Shown: in pieces, positions 9,184 to 19,123 of the stretch
How the letters are laid out: each line of letters begins with the position of its first letter
How positions within the stretch are numbered: the stretch's first letter is position 1
From: Opitutales bacterium
GTDB taxonomy: Bacteria > Verrucomicrobiota > Verrucomicrobiia > Opitutales > UBA2987
Direction of reading: 5' to 3'
DNA length: 64,000 nt
Assembly (NCBI GenBank): GCA_965226885.1
Contig: CBDDEL010000014.1
Location: 64,001 to 128,000 of the forward strand
Program-made: the position numbers and the translations under genes
The notes under the pieces: generated by a model
What the model was told of the DNA's origin: nothing
The model's database searches: none
Seen by the model: the letters and a program-made list of their open reading frames with translations, nothing else

Positions 9184-10446
9184 CTAGACCCTGATGAGGC
9201 CCTTTTTCAACATGCCCATAATGGTGGCCGGGGCCTGACGGTTTTTTAATAGATCGCGCATCGTTTTCATATAGGGGTCGATATGGGCGAAGAACCGCTT
9301 GTAGGCGGGGCAGAGGTAGTTGAGTCCGTATTCGCCGTCGGGGGTTTTCATGAAGCGGTGTTTGGGGCATTCTCCGTGGCATGCGAAGCGGTAATCGCAA
9401 CGGCGGCAATAGGCGGGCAGGGTGTCCGCTTTGTCGCGCCCGAATTTTTTCATGGCGGGAGAATCGACCATCTCGGCGATGGTTTTATCGCGGATATTGC
9501 CCTGCAGGTATTGCGGGTAAACATAATGGTCGCAGGCATAAAGGTCGCCATTGTGCTCAATTGCTAGGGCCCGGCCGCAATGCTCGCTGAAAATGCAGAG
9601 GCCCCCACCCATCCCCATCCAGTTGCCCAGCGCCACATCGAATACCTGCACATAAGTATTCCCGACATCGTTGCGCACCCAATGGTCGAAGATCGTGACC
9701 AAAAATTCCCCATAATCTTTGGGCAGCACACTCCAGCGCGTGACCGGACTTAGTTTCTCATTTTCATCCTCGGGTTCTGGGGGAGTGGCCAGGGATAGTT
9801 TCAGCAAAGAAGCGGCGTCATCGGGTTTTCTTTCCACAATGGGAATGAATTGCAGGTAGCGCGAACCGATCTTGCGCAAAAAATTATAAACTTCGAGGGG
9901 TTTTCGGGAATTGCGGCGGGTGACGCAGGTGAGTGTGTTGAAGGGCACCCCATGCTTGCGGCATAGCCCGATGCCGCGCATGACGCGGTCGAAAGTGGAA
10001 TTTTGTTTGCGGTCCACCCTATAGATATCATGCAGCTCCCTCGTCCCATCGATGCTGATGCCGACCAAAAAGTCATTGTCCCGCAGGAAACGGCACCACT
10101 CATCGTCCAGCAAAGTAGCGTTGGTCTGGAAGGCATTGTCGATTTTGCGCCCTTCACCATATTTTTTTTGCAATTCGACTACCTTGCGGAAGAAATCCAC
10201 CCCCATAAGGGTTGGCTCCCCTCCCTGCCAGGCGAATGAAACCTCGTTACCGGGCTGGGCCTCGATGTATTGGCGGATATAGTTATCCAGCACATCTGCC
10301 GGCATACGCAAATTTTCCCCTCTCGGGAAAAGCTTCTCCTTTTCCAGGTAAAAGCAATATTTGCAGTCAATATTGCAGCGAGGACCAATCGGTTTGGTCA
10401 TCACATGAAAAGGCGCCGAAGCGGTTTTTGTTAAAACATCCGTCAT
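9184..10446 (-). CDS. anaerobic sulfatase maturase (radical SAM/SPASM, AslB/ChuR family)
   Basis: CNIDCKYC, WQGGEPTL, SPASM cysteines (C..SEHCG, YACDH, CRRC..CHGECPKHR, YLC). Confidence 0.93.
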   Translation of the reverse strand: MTDVLTKTASAPFHVMTKPIGPRCNIDCKYCFYLEKEKLFPRGENLRMPADVLDNYIRQYIEAQPGNEVSFAWQGGEPTLMGVDFFRKVVELQKKYGEGRKIDNAFQTNATLLDDEWCRFLRDNDFLVGISIDGTRELHDIYRVDRKQNSTFDRVMRGIGLCRKHGVPFNTLTCVTRRNSRKPLEVYNFLRKIGSRYLQFIPIVERKPDDAASLLKLSLATPPEPEDENEKLSPVTRWSVLPKDYGEFLVTIFDHWVRNDVGNTYVQVFDVALGNWMGMGGGLCIFSEHCGRALAIEHNGDLYACDHYVYPQYLQGNIRDKTIAEMVDSPAMKKFGRDKADTLPAYCRRCDYRFACHGECPKHRFMKTPDGEYGLNYLCPAYKRFFAHIDPYMKTMRDLLKNRQAPATIMGMLKKGLIRV

Positions 10447-10623
10447 GCCATCAAGTTGAAAACAATTCTATATCCCGGGAGAAATTCGTCCCTCACCCGA
10501 GGGACCAGCCATCTCCATGCAATAGAATTCTTTAGTGAATGGAAAGAGTATATTGTGAGAAGTTTTCCAAAAAAGATTGTCTCCTGCTGTCACAATTACG
10601 ATAGGTTCTAGCCTGATGAAAAT

Positions 10624-10663
10624 TTATCCGAGATTTCCCATATGAACATTCATAATCGTTGAA
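10624..10663 (+). repeat. dispersed ~38-bp intergenic repeat, copy A
   Basis: TTATCCGAGATTTCCCATATGAACATTCATAATCGTTG; relatives at 38017, 39154 and 58940. Confidence 0.85.
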
Positions 10664-10665
10664 TT

Positions 10666-10715
10666 AACCGGTCACCTGTGCTACATATTCAACCGGTCAC
10701 CTGTGCTACATATTT
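10666..10715. repeat. 25-bp tandem duplication
   Basis: AACCGGTCACCTGTGCTACATATT(C/T) twice with no spacer. Confidence 0.95.
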
Positions 10716-10749
10716 CATCATCTGAACCCCTGAACTACCCCCAGCAACC

Positions 10750-11097
10750 ATGATCAGCATTTACAAACCGGGTGCCGGCAGCGAACCGTCGCAATTGTTT
10801 TCCCCCGGTGATCTTGTTAAGCACAAACGCTACCATTACCGCGGGGTCGTTGTCGAATTCAACCTGGTCTGCCAGGCGGATGAGTGCTGGTACGAGTCCA
10901 ACCAGACGCAGCCCGATCGCGACCAGCCCTGGTACCGTGTGCTTGTGGACGGCAATTCCGCGACGACTTACGCGGCCCAAAGCAGCCTCGAACCCGACGA
11001 TTCCGATGCCCCCGTCGACCACCCCCTTGTCAAAGCCTTCTTTGCAGGTTTCATGGATGGCGTCTACATCCGCAACGACACCCCGTGGCCGACGTAG
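10750..11097 (+). CDS. hspQ: heat shock protein HspQ (YccV-like)
   Basis: F.PGDLVKHKRYHYRGVVV, QPWYRVLVD, TYAAQSSL, HP motifs. Confidence 0.88.
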   Translation: MISIYKPGAGSEPSQLFSPGDLVKHKRYHYRGVVVEFNLVCQADECWYESNQTQPDRDQPWYRVLVDGNSATTYAAQSSLEPDDSDAPVDHPLVKAFFAGFMDGVYIRNDTPWPT

Positions 11098-11247
11098 CAG
11101 TCTGGATAGGAAAACGTAAACTTGTTAAATTTTCATAGCAGGGCAATGTCAGCCCCGCGAGGGTAGGCAAAGGGTTTTGATTGGCCCTGTCTTTCTGGTA
11201 TGTCTAAACTTGCATCCGCCACGCATGGCGTCGCCGAAATCTACGTA

Positions 11248-11547
11248 TCAACGAGCGTCCGGATTAACGCAATTCGGCCCCAGGAGGGGTTGCATGGCTT
11301 CGTTGATCATCGGATAATTCTCTGCTTCCTGATTTTTCTCGATCCACTCCTCGTATTCATCCGGAACCTCGGAATCCTGGAAGATGGCGTCCACCGGGCA
11401 TTCGGGCACACAGAGGTCGCAATCGATGCAGGTATCCGGATTGATGTAGAGACGGTCGGGCGCTTCATGAAACGCCTCAACAGGACAAACTGCAGCGCAA
11501 TCGGTGTATTTGCAATCGACGCATAGTCCCGTAACAACGTAGGTCAT
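11248..11547 (-). CDS. fdxA: 7Fe-type ferredoxin (FdxA-like)
   Basis: MTYVVT..C.DCKYTDC..VCPV...CIDCDLCVPECPVDAI. Confidence 0.9.
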   Translation of the reverse strand: MTYVVTGLCVDCKYTDCAAVCPVEAFHEAPDRLYINPDTCIDCDLCVPECPVDAIFQDSEVPDEYEEWIEKNQEAENYPMINEAMQPLLGPNCVNPDAR

Positions 11548-11550
11548 AGG

Positions 11551-14204
11551 TGATGTGCACTGGAAAAAGTGGACACGAGATTCTCCTAAATGGAGAATCG
11601 AAGCATGGGAAGAAGACGCAGTATAGAGTTCAAAAATGAGGCAGTTCAACTGATGATACTCGATGGTCTGAGCGCCACCGAGGTATCGACCAAACTTGGG
11701 GTCAACACCAACCAATTGTATAGGTGGAAGAGGCTCTATCTGGACGATCAGCAGGGCGAAGCCACCTCAAAGCGACAGAGCAGTCCGAAGGAGATGGCGG
11801 CCGAGATAGATCGTCTTCGCAAAGAGCTGCGCCGCTCGGAGCGGATCAACCAGATACTAAAAAAAACGGTGGGCTACTTTGCCAAGGACGAACAATGAAG
11901 TACCAGTTTGTCAAAGACAACGAGGGGCGCTTCAAGATCGAGGAAATATGCTCGGCGATGGGGATTTGTCGCAGTGGCTATTACTGCTGGAGGCACCGAG
12001 CGCCCTCGGCCCGGCGGATCGAGGACGAGGGAATCAAGGGGGCGATCCTGAAGGTACACAAAGAGGCCAAGGGCCGCTATGGGCATCGGCCAATGCACCG
12101 CCATCTGAAGGATGATGAGGGCATCGATTGCGGCCGTGACCGGGCTCTGCGTCTGATGCGTGATGACGTGTACTGGATTTGTTGGACACGGGATTCTCTT
12201 ATATTCATTGTTTATTGATTAGTGTGTCAGGCGGCTTGTTTTGGTAAAGGGTTTTGTTTTCTCGTTGCCCCCCATGGGGGGCAAATATTTTCCTCGAATT
12301 GGACTGGGCTTTGGTAACTCAGAGAGGAATGTTTGCGATATCGGTTGTAGAAGATTTCCACGTATTCGAAGACAGTTGATCGCAGTTCGCGCTCGTCGGC
12401 AAAGTGGCGGCCTCGAATCGTGCTGGTCTTGAAGCGGCCGTAGAACGATTCCATGGCCGCGTTGTCGTAGCAGTTGCCTTGGGCGCTCATGCTCGGCTTC
12501 ATGCCTAGTTCAGAGACCAGCCTCTGATAGTCGTCGCTGGCGTAGGGGCTGCCCCGATCGCTGTGATGAATAATCCCGGTGCGCAGTGTGCCGCGGGTCA
12601 TGGCCGCGGCTTTGAGGGCCTTGCCAACCAGCTTCGCGTCGTTGTGGTTGGAAACGCTCCAGCCCAGCAGGCGTCGGCTGAACAGGTCCATCACCGTGGC
12701 CAAGTACATCCAACCGGCCAGGGTCCGTAGGTAGGTCGTGTCCGCCACCCAGACCTCGTCGATATGGGTCGGCTGGCCATGCTTTTTAAGCACATTGGGG
12801 CTGTAACCATAGGGATGGTTACTGTTGGTTTTTAATGGCTTAAAGCGTTTACTCTGGGTGCTTTTGATTCCCATTTCACGCATCAGACGCAGAGCCCGGT
12901 CACGGCCGCAATCGATGCCCTCATCATCCTTCAGATGGCGGTGCATTGGCCGATGCCCATAGCGGCCCTTGGCCTCTTTGTGTACCTTCAGGATCGCCCC
13001 CTTGATTCCCTCGTCCTCGATCCGCCGGGCCGAGGGCGCTCGGGGCCTCCAGCAGTAATAGCCACTGCGACAAATCCCCATCGCCGAGCATATTTCCTCG
13101 ATCTTGAAGCGCCCCTCGTTGTCTTTGACAAACTGGTACTTCATTGTTCGTCCTTGGCAAAGTAGCCCACCGTTTTTTTTTAGTATCTGGTTGATCCGCT
13201 CCGAGCGGCGCAGCTCTTTGCGAAGACGATCTATCTCGGCCGCCATCTCCTTCGGACTGCTCTGTCGCTTTGAGGTGGCTTCGCCCTGCTGATCGTCCAG
13301 ATAGAGCCTCTTCCACCTATACAATTGGTTGGTGTTGACCCCAAGTTTGGTCGATACCTCGGTGGCGCTCAGACCATCGAGTATCATCAGTTGAACTGCC
13401 TCATTTTTGAACTCTATACTGCGTCTTCTTCCCATGCTTCGATTCTCCATTTAGGAGAATCTCGTGTCCACTTTTTCCAGTGCACATCATGAAATGGGAA
13501 TCAAAAGCACCCAGAGTAAACGCTTTAAGCCATTAAAAACCAACAGTAACCATCCCTATGGTTACAGCCCCAATGTGCTTAAAAAGCATGGCCAGCCGAC
13601 CCATATCGACGAGGTCTGGGTGGCGGACACGACCTACCTACGGACCCTGGCCGGTTGGATGTACTTGGCCACGGTGATGGACCTGTTCAGCCGACGCCTG
13701 CTGGGCTGGAGCGTTTCCAACCACAACGACGCGAAGCTGGTTGGCAAGGCCCTCAAAGCCGCGGCCATGACCCGCGGCACACTGCGCACCGGGATTATTC
13801 ATCACAGCGATCGGGGCAGCCCCTACGCCAGCGACGACTATCAGAGGCTGGTCTCTGAACTAGGCATGAAGCCGAGCATGAGCGCCCAAGGCAACTGCTA
13901 CGACAACGCGGCCATGGAATCGTTCTACGGCCGCTTCAAGACCAGCACGATTCGAGGCCGCCACTTTGCCGACGAGCGCGAACTGCGATCAACTGTCTTC
14001 GAATACGTGGAAATCTTCTACAACCGATATCGCAAACATTCCTCTCTGAGTTACCAAAGCCCAGTCCAATTCGAGGAAAATATTTGCCCCCCATGGGGGG
14101 CAACGAGAAAACAAAACCCTTTACCAAAACAAGCCGCCTGACACACTAATCAATAAACAATGAATATAAGAGAATCCCGTGTCCAACAAATCCAGTACAC
14201 GTCA
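11551..14204 (+). mobile_element. IS3-family element A, outer copy, interrupted at 12163/13490 by an inverted copy of itself
   Basis: Ends TGATGTGCACTGG.../...CCAGTACACGTCA; orfA 11590-11898, orfB split. Flanks AGG/AAT do not match. Confidence 0.93.
12164..13489 (-). mobile_element. IS3-family element A, inner inverted copy with single fused OrfAB (12227-13450)
   Basis: Complete IRs, 3-bp target duplication TGA (12161-3, 13490-2), DDE motifs WVADTT/HSDRG/ESFY. Confidence 0.95.
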
Positions 14205-14573
14205 AATATGGATAAATGCAAGTTTCCTACAGACGGAAAGGCGAAGGTTTTCCTTCTTTGCCGAGGAAGAAACCGTAATTACTAGCAAAGTTTTGAAAGA
14301 GTCTTCTATTTCTGAAGGCGACGGAGTATTTTTGTTGGGATACCCGATGGATATGATTAGGGATCGTCATTATGTTATTTGCCGTAATGGGTCAATTGCG
14401 AGAATAAGGGATGTGAAATATGGGGAAGGGAAAGAGATACTATTAGATGGCCTCGTTTTTTCGGAAAATTGTGGAGGTCCGGTTATCAACAAACCGGAAA
14501 TTAATGCGATAGCGGGAGAAAAACCAATTAAGACAGCCTCTCTCCTCGGAATAGTAAAAGAGTGTGTTACCTA
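14205..14573 (+). pseudogene. internal fragment of a trypsin-like serine peptidase gene between two IS ends
   Basis: GDGVFLLGYP and degenerate SENCGGPV in place of GNSGGPV; both ends cut by IS termini. Confidence 0.6.
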
Positions 14574-17500
14574 GAGGCTGTCCCAAAAGGGTGATTTTTG
14601 CGAGGGCTTTTGATAGGCGCTCATTTTAGAGGTATTTGCATTTGGGAGAGTATCAACTTTGCTCTTCTATGACGTTAGGATACTGGTTTTGGGGTCCGGT
14701 TTCCTGGTTTTCTTTGTATGAGCCGACAGTAAGGCTGTGAAAAAGTATTGTCCTTGCTTTTCCGCTCTCTAGCCCGGATATTTCGTAAAAAAAGTATCGT
14801 TGATATGCTTAACTGCTGATATACAGCAGGATAGATCAATAATTAAAGCAATATCAGCGATGACAAAAGGTAAACAATTAAAGCTACAGTTGACAAGGGT
14901 AAAAGGCCGCCGTGTGCGGGTTGATTTCAAGGGCGGAGAGGTTACTTCGGATGCCGGACTGCTTTTGATCCGGGAAGTGGATCGGCAGTTGGGCTTGACC
15001 GAACGAGCGGCCCGACAGTTAGTGGACAAACGGCAGAAGGGCAAAGTACGCCATGAGGTATTGGGGATGCTGCGGCAGCGCGTTTACGGGCTGGTGGCGG
15101 GCTATGAGGATTTGAACGACTTTGATACCCTGCGCCACGATCCATTGTTGCAAACGGTAACGGGGCGCATTGAAACGTTGGCCAGCGCGCCGACTTTGTG
15201 TCGTTTTGAAAACGGGCAGGATCGGCGGGCGGCCTTTGCGGTAAACGAGCTGTTGGTCGAACAGTTCATGGGCTCTTTTGCCGAGGAACCCGAAGAGATC
15301 ATCCTGGACTTTGACGCCACCGACAATCCGGTGCACGGGCTCCAGGAGGGACGTTTTTTCCACGGTTATTATGATCATTACTGTTTTCTGCCGCTATATG
15401 TTTTTTGCGGTGATCAGCTGCTGGTGGCCTACCTGCGGCCGAGCAAGATCGATGCCAGCAAGCATGCCGGGGCCATCCTCAAATTGCTGGTTAAACGGAT
15501 TCGCCAAAGCTGGCCCCGTACGCGGATTATTTGGCGCGCCGACAGTGGATTTTGTCGAGACCGGATACTCTCTTGGTGCGACCGCAACGAAGTTAGTTAC
15601 ATCGTGGGGATGGCTCGCAATGCACGCTTGCAGCAAGACGCCCAGCAGTTGCAAAAGCAGGCCAAAGAATGGTTCGAACTAAGGGGTAAAAAACAACGGT
15701 TATTCCAGGACTTCGTCTATGCTGCCGATTCGTGGCGATGGCAGCGGTTGGTCATCCATAAAGCCGAACACACCGCACAGGGGTCCAACCCGCGCTTCGT
15801 GGTGACGAACCTGCCGGGCGATCCCCAGGAGCTTTACGACAAGGTATACTGTGGCCGCGGTGAAATGGAGAACCGAATCAAGGAACAGATGCAATTGTTC
15901 AGCGAGCGCACCAGCGCCCATCAATGGTGGGCCAATCAGTGGCGATTGCTCTTGTCGGCGCTGGCCTACACCTTGATGGAAGCCATGCGCCGGTTAGCCT
16001 TAAAAGGGACGAAGTGGGCGCGGGCCCAATGCCACACCCTGCGGCTCAAATTAATCAAGATCGGAGCGGTCATCGTGCGCAACACCCGAACGATTCACTT
16101 TCACCTAAGTGAGAGTTATCCTTGGGCCAGTCTTTTCAACCATGCGGCCCGCCGATTGGTGCCAACCTAAAGGGTGCATTGGTGCTGCCCCCGGCACTAC
16201 CGAACCAATGGGGGAAAGGGGGCAGTGTCTCTACACCCTGAAAAACACCTAAAAATCAAGACGATCTGCTCAAAATACAAAGAAATCCATCTCCAATAGC
16301 AATAACGAGCCACGAGCCAAACTTTACCCTTCATGAAATATCCGGGCTAGGCCGCCGCTTTGGTTTTTAGTTCGTCTTGCTGGGCCAGCATCTTGGCTAC
16401 TTTCCATAGGTTGTGCGAGAGTACCGACCAGGCTACGCTGATCGAGCGGTTGGCAAAGCCTTTGCTGCGCAACCGCCCGGCCTGCCAGCGATTCTTCAAT
16501 ACCCCGATCCGCCCTTTGGTGCTGGCCCGGCGCTTTTGCAATTGCCTGAACAGTGGTTCCTCCATCCGTTTTTTCAACTGCTTCGGATCGCGTGGACAGA
16601 GCGCGTCGTAGATTCCCTCCTGGGCTAACTGCCGGCGGGCCCGCTGGGAGGCAAATCCCCGGTCCGCGCACATGGCCGCTATGGGTTCTTCCAGGTTGAA
16701 GCGGTTCTGTCTTTGCAAACTCTCTTGCATTTGTTCATTTTCGCTTGGAGTTCGGCTGCCGTAGAGTTTCCAGTCCAGCAGGTACCCTTCAACGCTTTCT
16801 CCCAAAAACAGGGTGTTGCCGAACTCGACCTCTTGGCCCGCTTTACCTCGCACAATCACCTGCCCATCGAGTTCGTAAACACTCAAGACTTTCTCTGCGT
16901 TTTTCACCTGCCGGCCGCCAATGATCCGCTCGTGCGCCTGTTTGATGACCACCGGGATTTGCTCGCTCATGCGCTCCATCCGGGCGAGGATCTGTTGGAC
17001 CTGTTTTTCGCTGTAATCGCTTTGCTCCCAGCAGGCTTGCAATAATTCCCGGTGACTGCGGGCATGCTCCCCGATCCGTTTGAGCAGCTTTTTCATCTGC
17101 CTCAAGATACCCTTGCGCTGCCGCGCGCTGTCCTTTCGCCGCCGGCTGTGGGTCATCTGTATGCACAGCCGATTCATCTGCCGAGCCAAGGGCTCCGGTT
17201 CGATCGGCATGCGATGGCGCAAACCGGCCTTCTCGCGGATCAGCCGGATCGCTTTGAGCAACGTGCCGGCTACATCCTTGAGTAATACCCAGTCCGTCGG
17301 CCAATGAATGTTAGCCTCCAAACAGGTGCCGTCGATCAGGCAAATGGTGGGGTCAATCGGCTTGTCCAATCCCACCTGCCGGGCCAGAAGGGCATCGCCC
17401 ACCACCTCAGTCAAGGTCCGGTGCAAGGCCCTCAACTGCTCTTCGCTGAAAAACTTCGAGGCCCGCTCCAGGGTGCTTTTGGAGATGCCCCTGATGCCAT

Positions 17501-17968
17501 CGATCTGCCGGACACGGCAAAAGTCGGCCAACAGATCGCTGCTGCCCAGAGCCCGCGACAAATGCCGAAACGAAATCCCTCCGAGCAGACGGCCCAGCGT
17601 ATCCATGCGCAGTGCCTTGATGGCAAAACTGGCCCGCTGCCGCCGGGCCTTTAGACCCATTGGCGGCCACCCCTCCAAGGCCAGCTCAATGGCCTGCGAT
17701 TCCACCTCCGAGTCGATCAGCAGCCGATCGATTCGATCAATGGTGGCGCGGAAGTTATCGTAATCGAGGCACCGGTCGACCACAGTTAAAGCTGGACGCA
17801 GGAGGCATTGGATGGCTATATTTTTCATAGAAAGGGCTATATTGATTTTCGCTAACTCAATTATAGAACCCTTTTTTGGCCGGATCGAGCAAAAACTTGC
17901 TCTTTCCGGCTCTTTTTATCAACGTCATCCAGTTGACTATAAAATCTTTATATTTTTGGGACAGCCTC
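14574..17968 (-). mobile_element. 1817-bp ISNCY/IS5-like (ISDol1-like) element, copy 1, carrying an IS1380; transposase 16347-17828 with E>K at the probable catalytic Glu
   Basis: IRs GAGGCTGTCCCAAAA; motifs DGTCLEANIHWPTD and ADRGF; RASTKG here versus RASTEG in the other copies. No target duplication. Confidence 0.88.
14773..16346 (+). mobile_element. IS1380-family element, full length (transposase ~14860-16170)
   Basis: IRs CCCGGATATTTC, CTAG duplication, motifs LDFDATD / RADSGF / RGEMENRIKE; 7-bp duplication in the 3' UTR. Confidence 0.95.
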
Positions 17969-18057
17969 TATTATAGGCTACTATATCCATTTTGCTTTTT
18001 CTTAATCGAAACAATTATCTGTGTCTATCCGTGTTATCAGCAGATGAAAAATGAATT

Positions 18058-18516
18058 CTAATAACCCAATGCGAAATCCTCCTCGCCGAGGGCGAAGTTG
18101 ACGCTTTCAATGCCGGCCAGGGCGCAGGCGTCCAATACTTTTACAATCGTTTGGTGCGTGACGGTTTCATCCGGGGCGATTATTATGCGGGCTTCCGTGC
18201 GGGTGGCATCGCTGGCTTCCTTGTATCGCTTGAGCATGGACGCCAATTCCATAAAGCGGGGCGCCCCGGGGAAATCGTAGGCGTAGTCGTTGACCACTAC
18301 GCGGCCTTGAGCGCTGATTTCCACAACTTGTTCGTCGGGCATTGCCAACGGTTCGCTCTGCTCCACCACTCCCGGCAGTTGAAAAGATATATCCGCTTCC
18401 TGCCGGTGCAGGGAGGCTGAAACCATGAAATAAATTAACAATAGAAAAACCATGTCAATCATCGGCGCGATGGGGATGGAGGGCTTTGGGCCGGTTTTCT
18501 TTTTTAAAAGGATCAT
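18058..18516 (-). CDS. exbD: biopolymer transporter ExbD/TolR
   Basis: PMIDMVFLLLIYFMV transmembrane motif with conserved Asp. Confidence 0.9.
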   Translation of the reverse strand: MILLKKKTGPKPSIPIAPMIDMVFLLLIYFMVSASLHRQEADISFQLPGVVEQSEPLAMPDEQVVEISAQGRVVVNDYAYDFPGAPRFMELASMLKRYKEASDATRTEARIIIAPDETVTHQTIVKVLDACALAGIESVNFALGEEDFALGY

Positions 18517-18547
18517 CGAGTATTTGCTAAATCGGGTATTCGCGTCG

Positions 18548-18961
18548 CTAATTGCTTTGATAGGTGGAATAGATGATCTCGTAAGCGCCGGTTTGGGCGC
18601 AGATTTGGAGGACTTTTTTAATGTCCGCATAGGAGGTTTGCCGATCCGCCCTGAGCTGTATTTTCAAATCGGGGTTGCGGGCGAGAGATTCCCGCAGAAA
18701 AACCGGAAGTTCGTCATGAGTAACCGTTTGCCGCCCGATATGAATGACCCCTTTCTTGTCCAGGGACAAGATGCCCCGCCCCTGGAAATTATCGGCCACC
18801 CGGCTCTGCTCGGATACCGGAAGATCAATGGGGGCGCTTTTTTCAAACCGGGCCAGGGTGCTCAAACACATAAAAAAGACCAGCAAAAGAAAGACCATGT
18901 CGATCATGGGGGCCATGGGAAAATCCTCCTCGGGCCGCTCAATTTTGCGCCGAACAATCAT
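18548..18961 (-). CDS. exbD: biopolymer transporter ExbD/TolR
   Basis: PMIDMVFLLLVFFM and LRADRQTSY motifs. Confidence 0.9.
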   Translation of the reverse strand: MIVRRKIERPEEDFPMAPMIDMVFLLLVFFMCLSTLARFEKSAPIDLPVSEQSRVADNFQGRGILSLDKKGVIHIGRQTVTHDELPVFLRESLARNPDLKIQLRADRQTSYADIKKVLQICAQTGAYEIIYSTYQSN

Positions 18962-19123
18962 GTCACAAAGACTCTCGTTTCATATCAATTGGTCAAGTTG
19001 TTTGAGCTGCCTATATTGAAAGAAACTTCCATAGTGCGGAATCTGGAAGTCACATACTTGGACAATTCATTATTGGTTTGTTTCTATTCGATCGAAGTTT
19101 TATGAAGGTATTATTCACCTAAA

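Noticed and set aside
10666..10715. Possible CRISPR repeat
   Set aside because: Only two units, no spacer and no cas genes; it is a simple tandem duplication.
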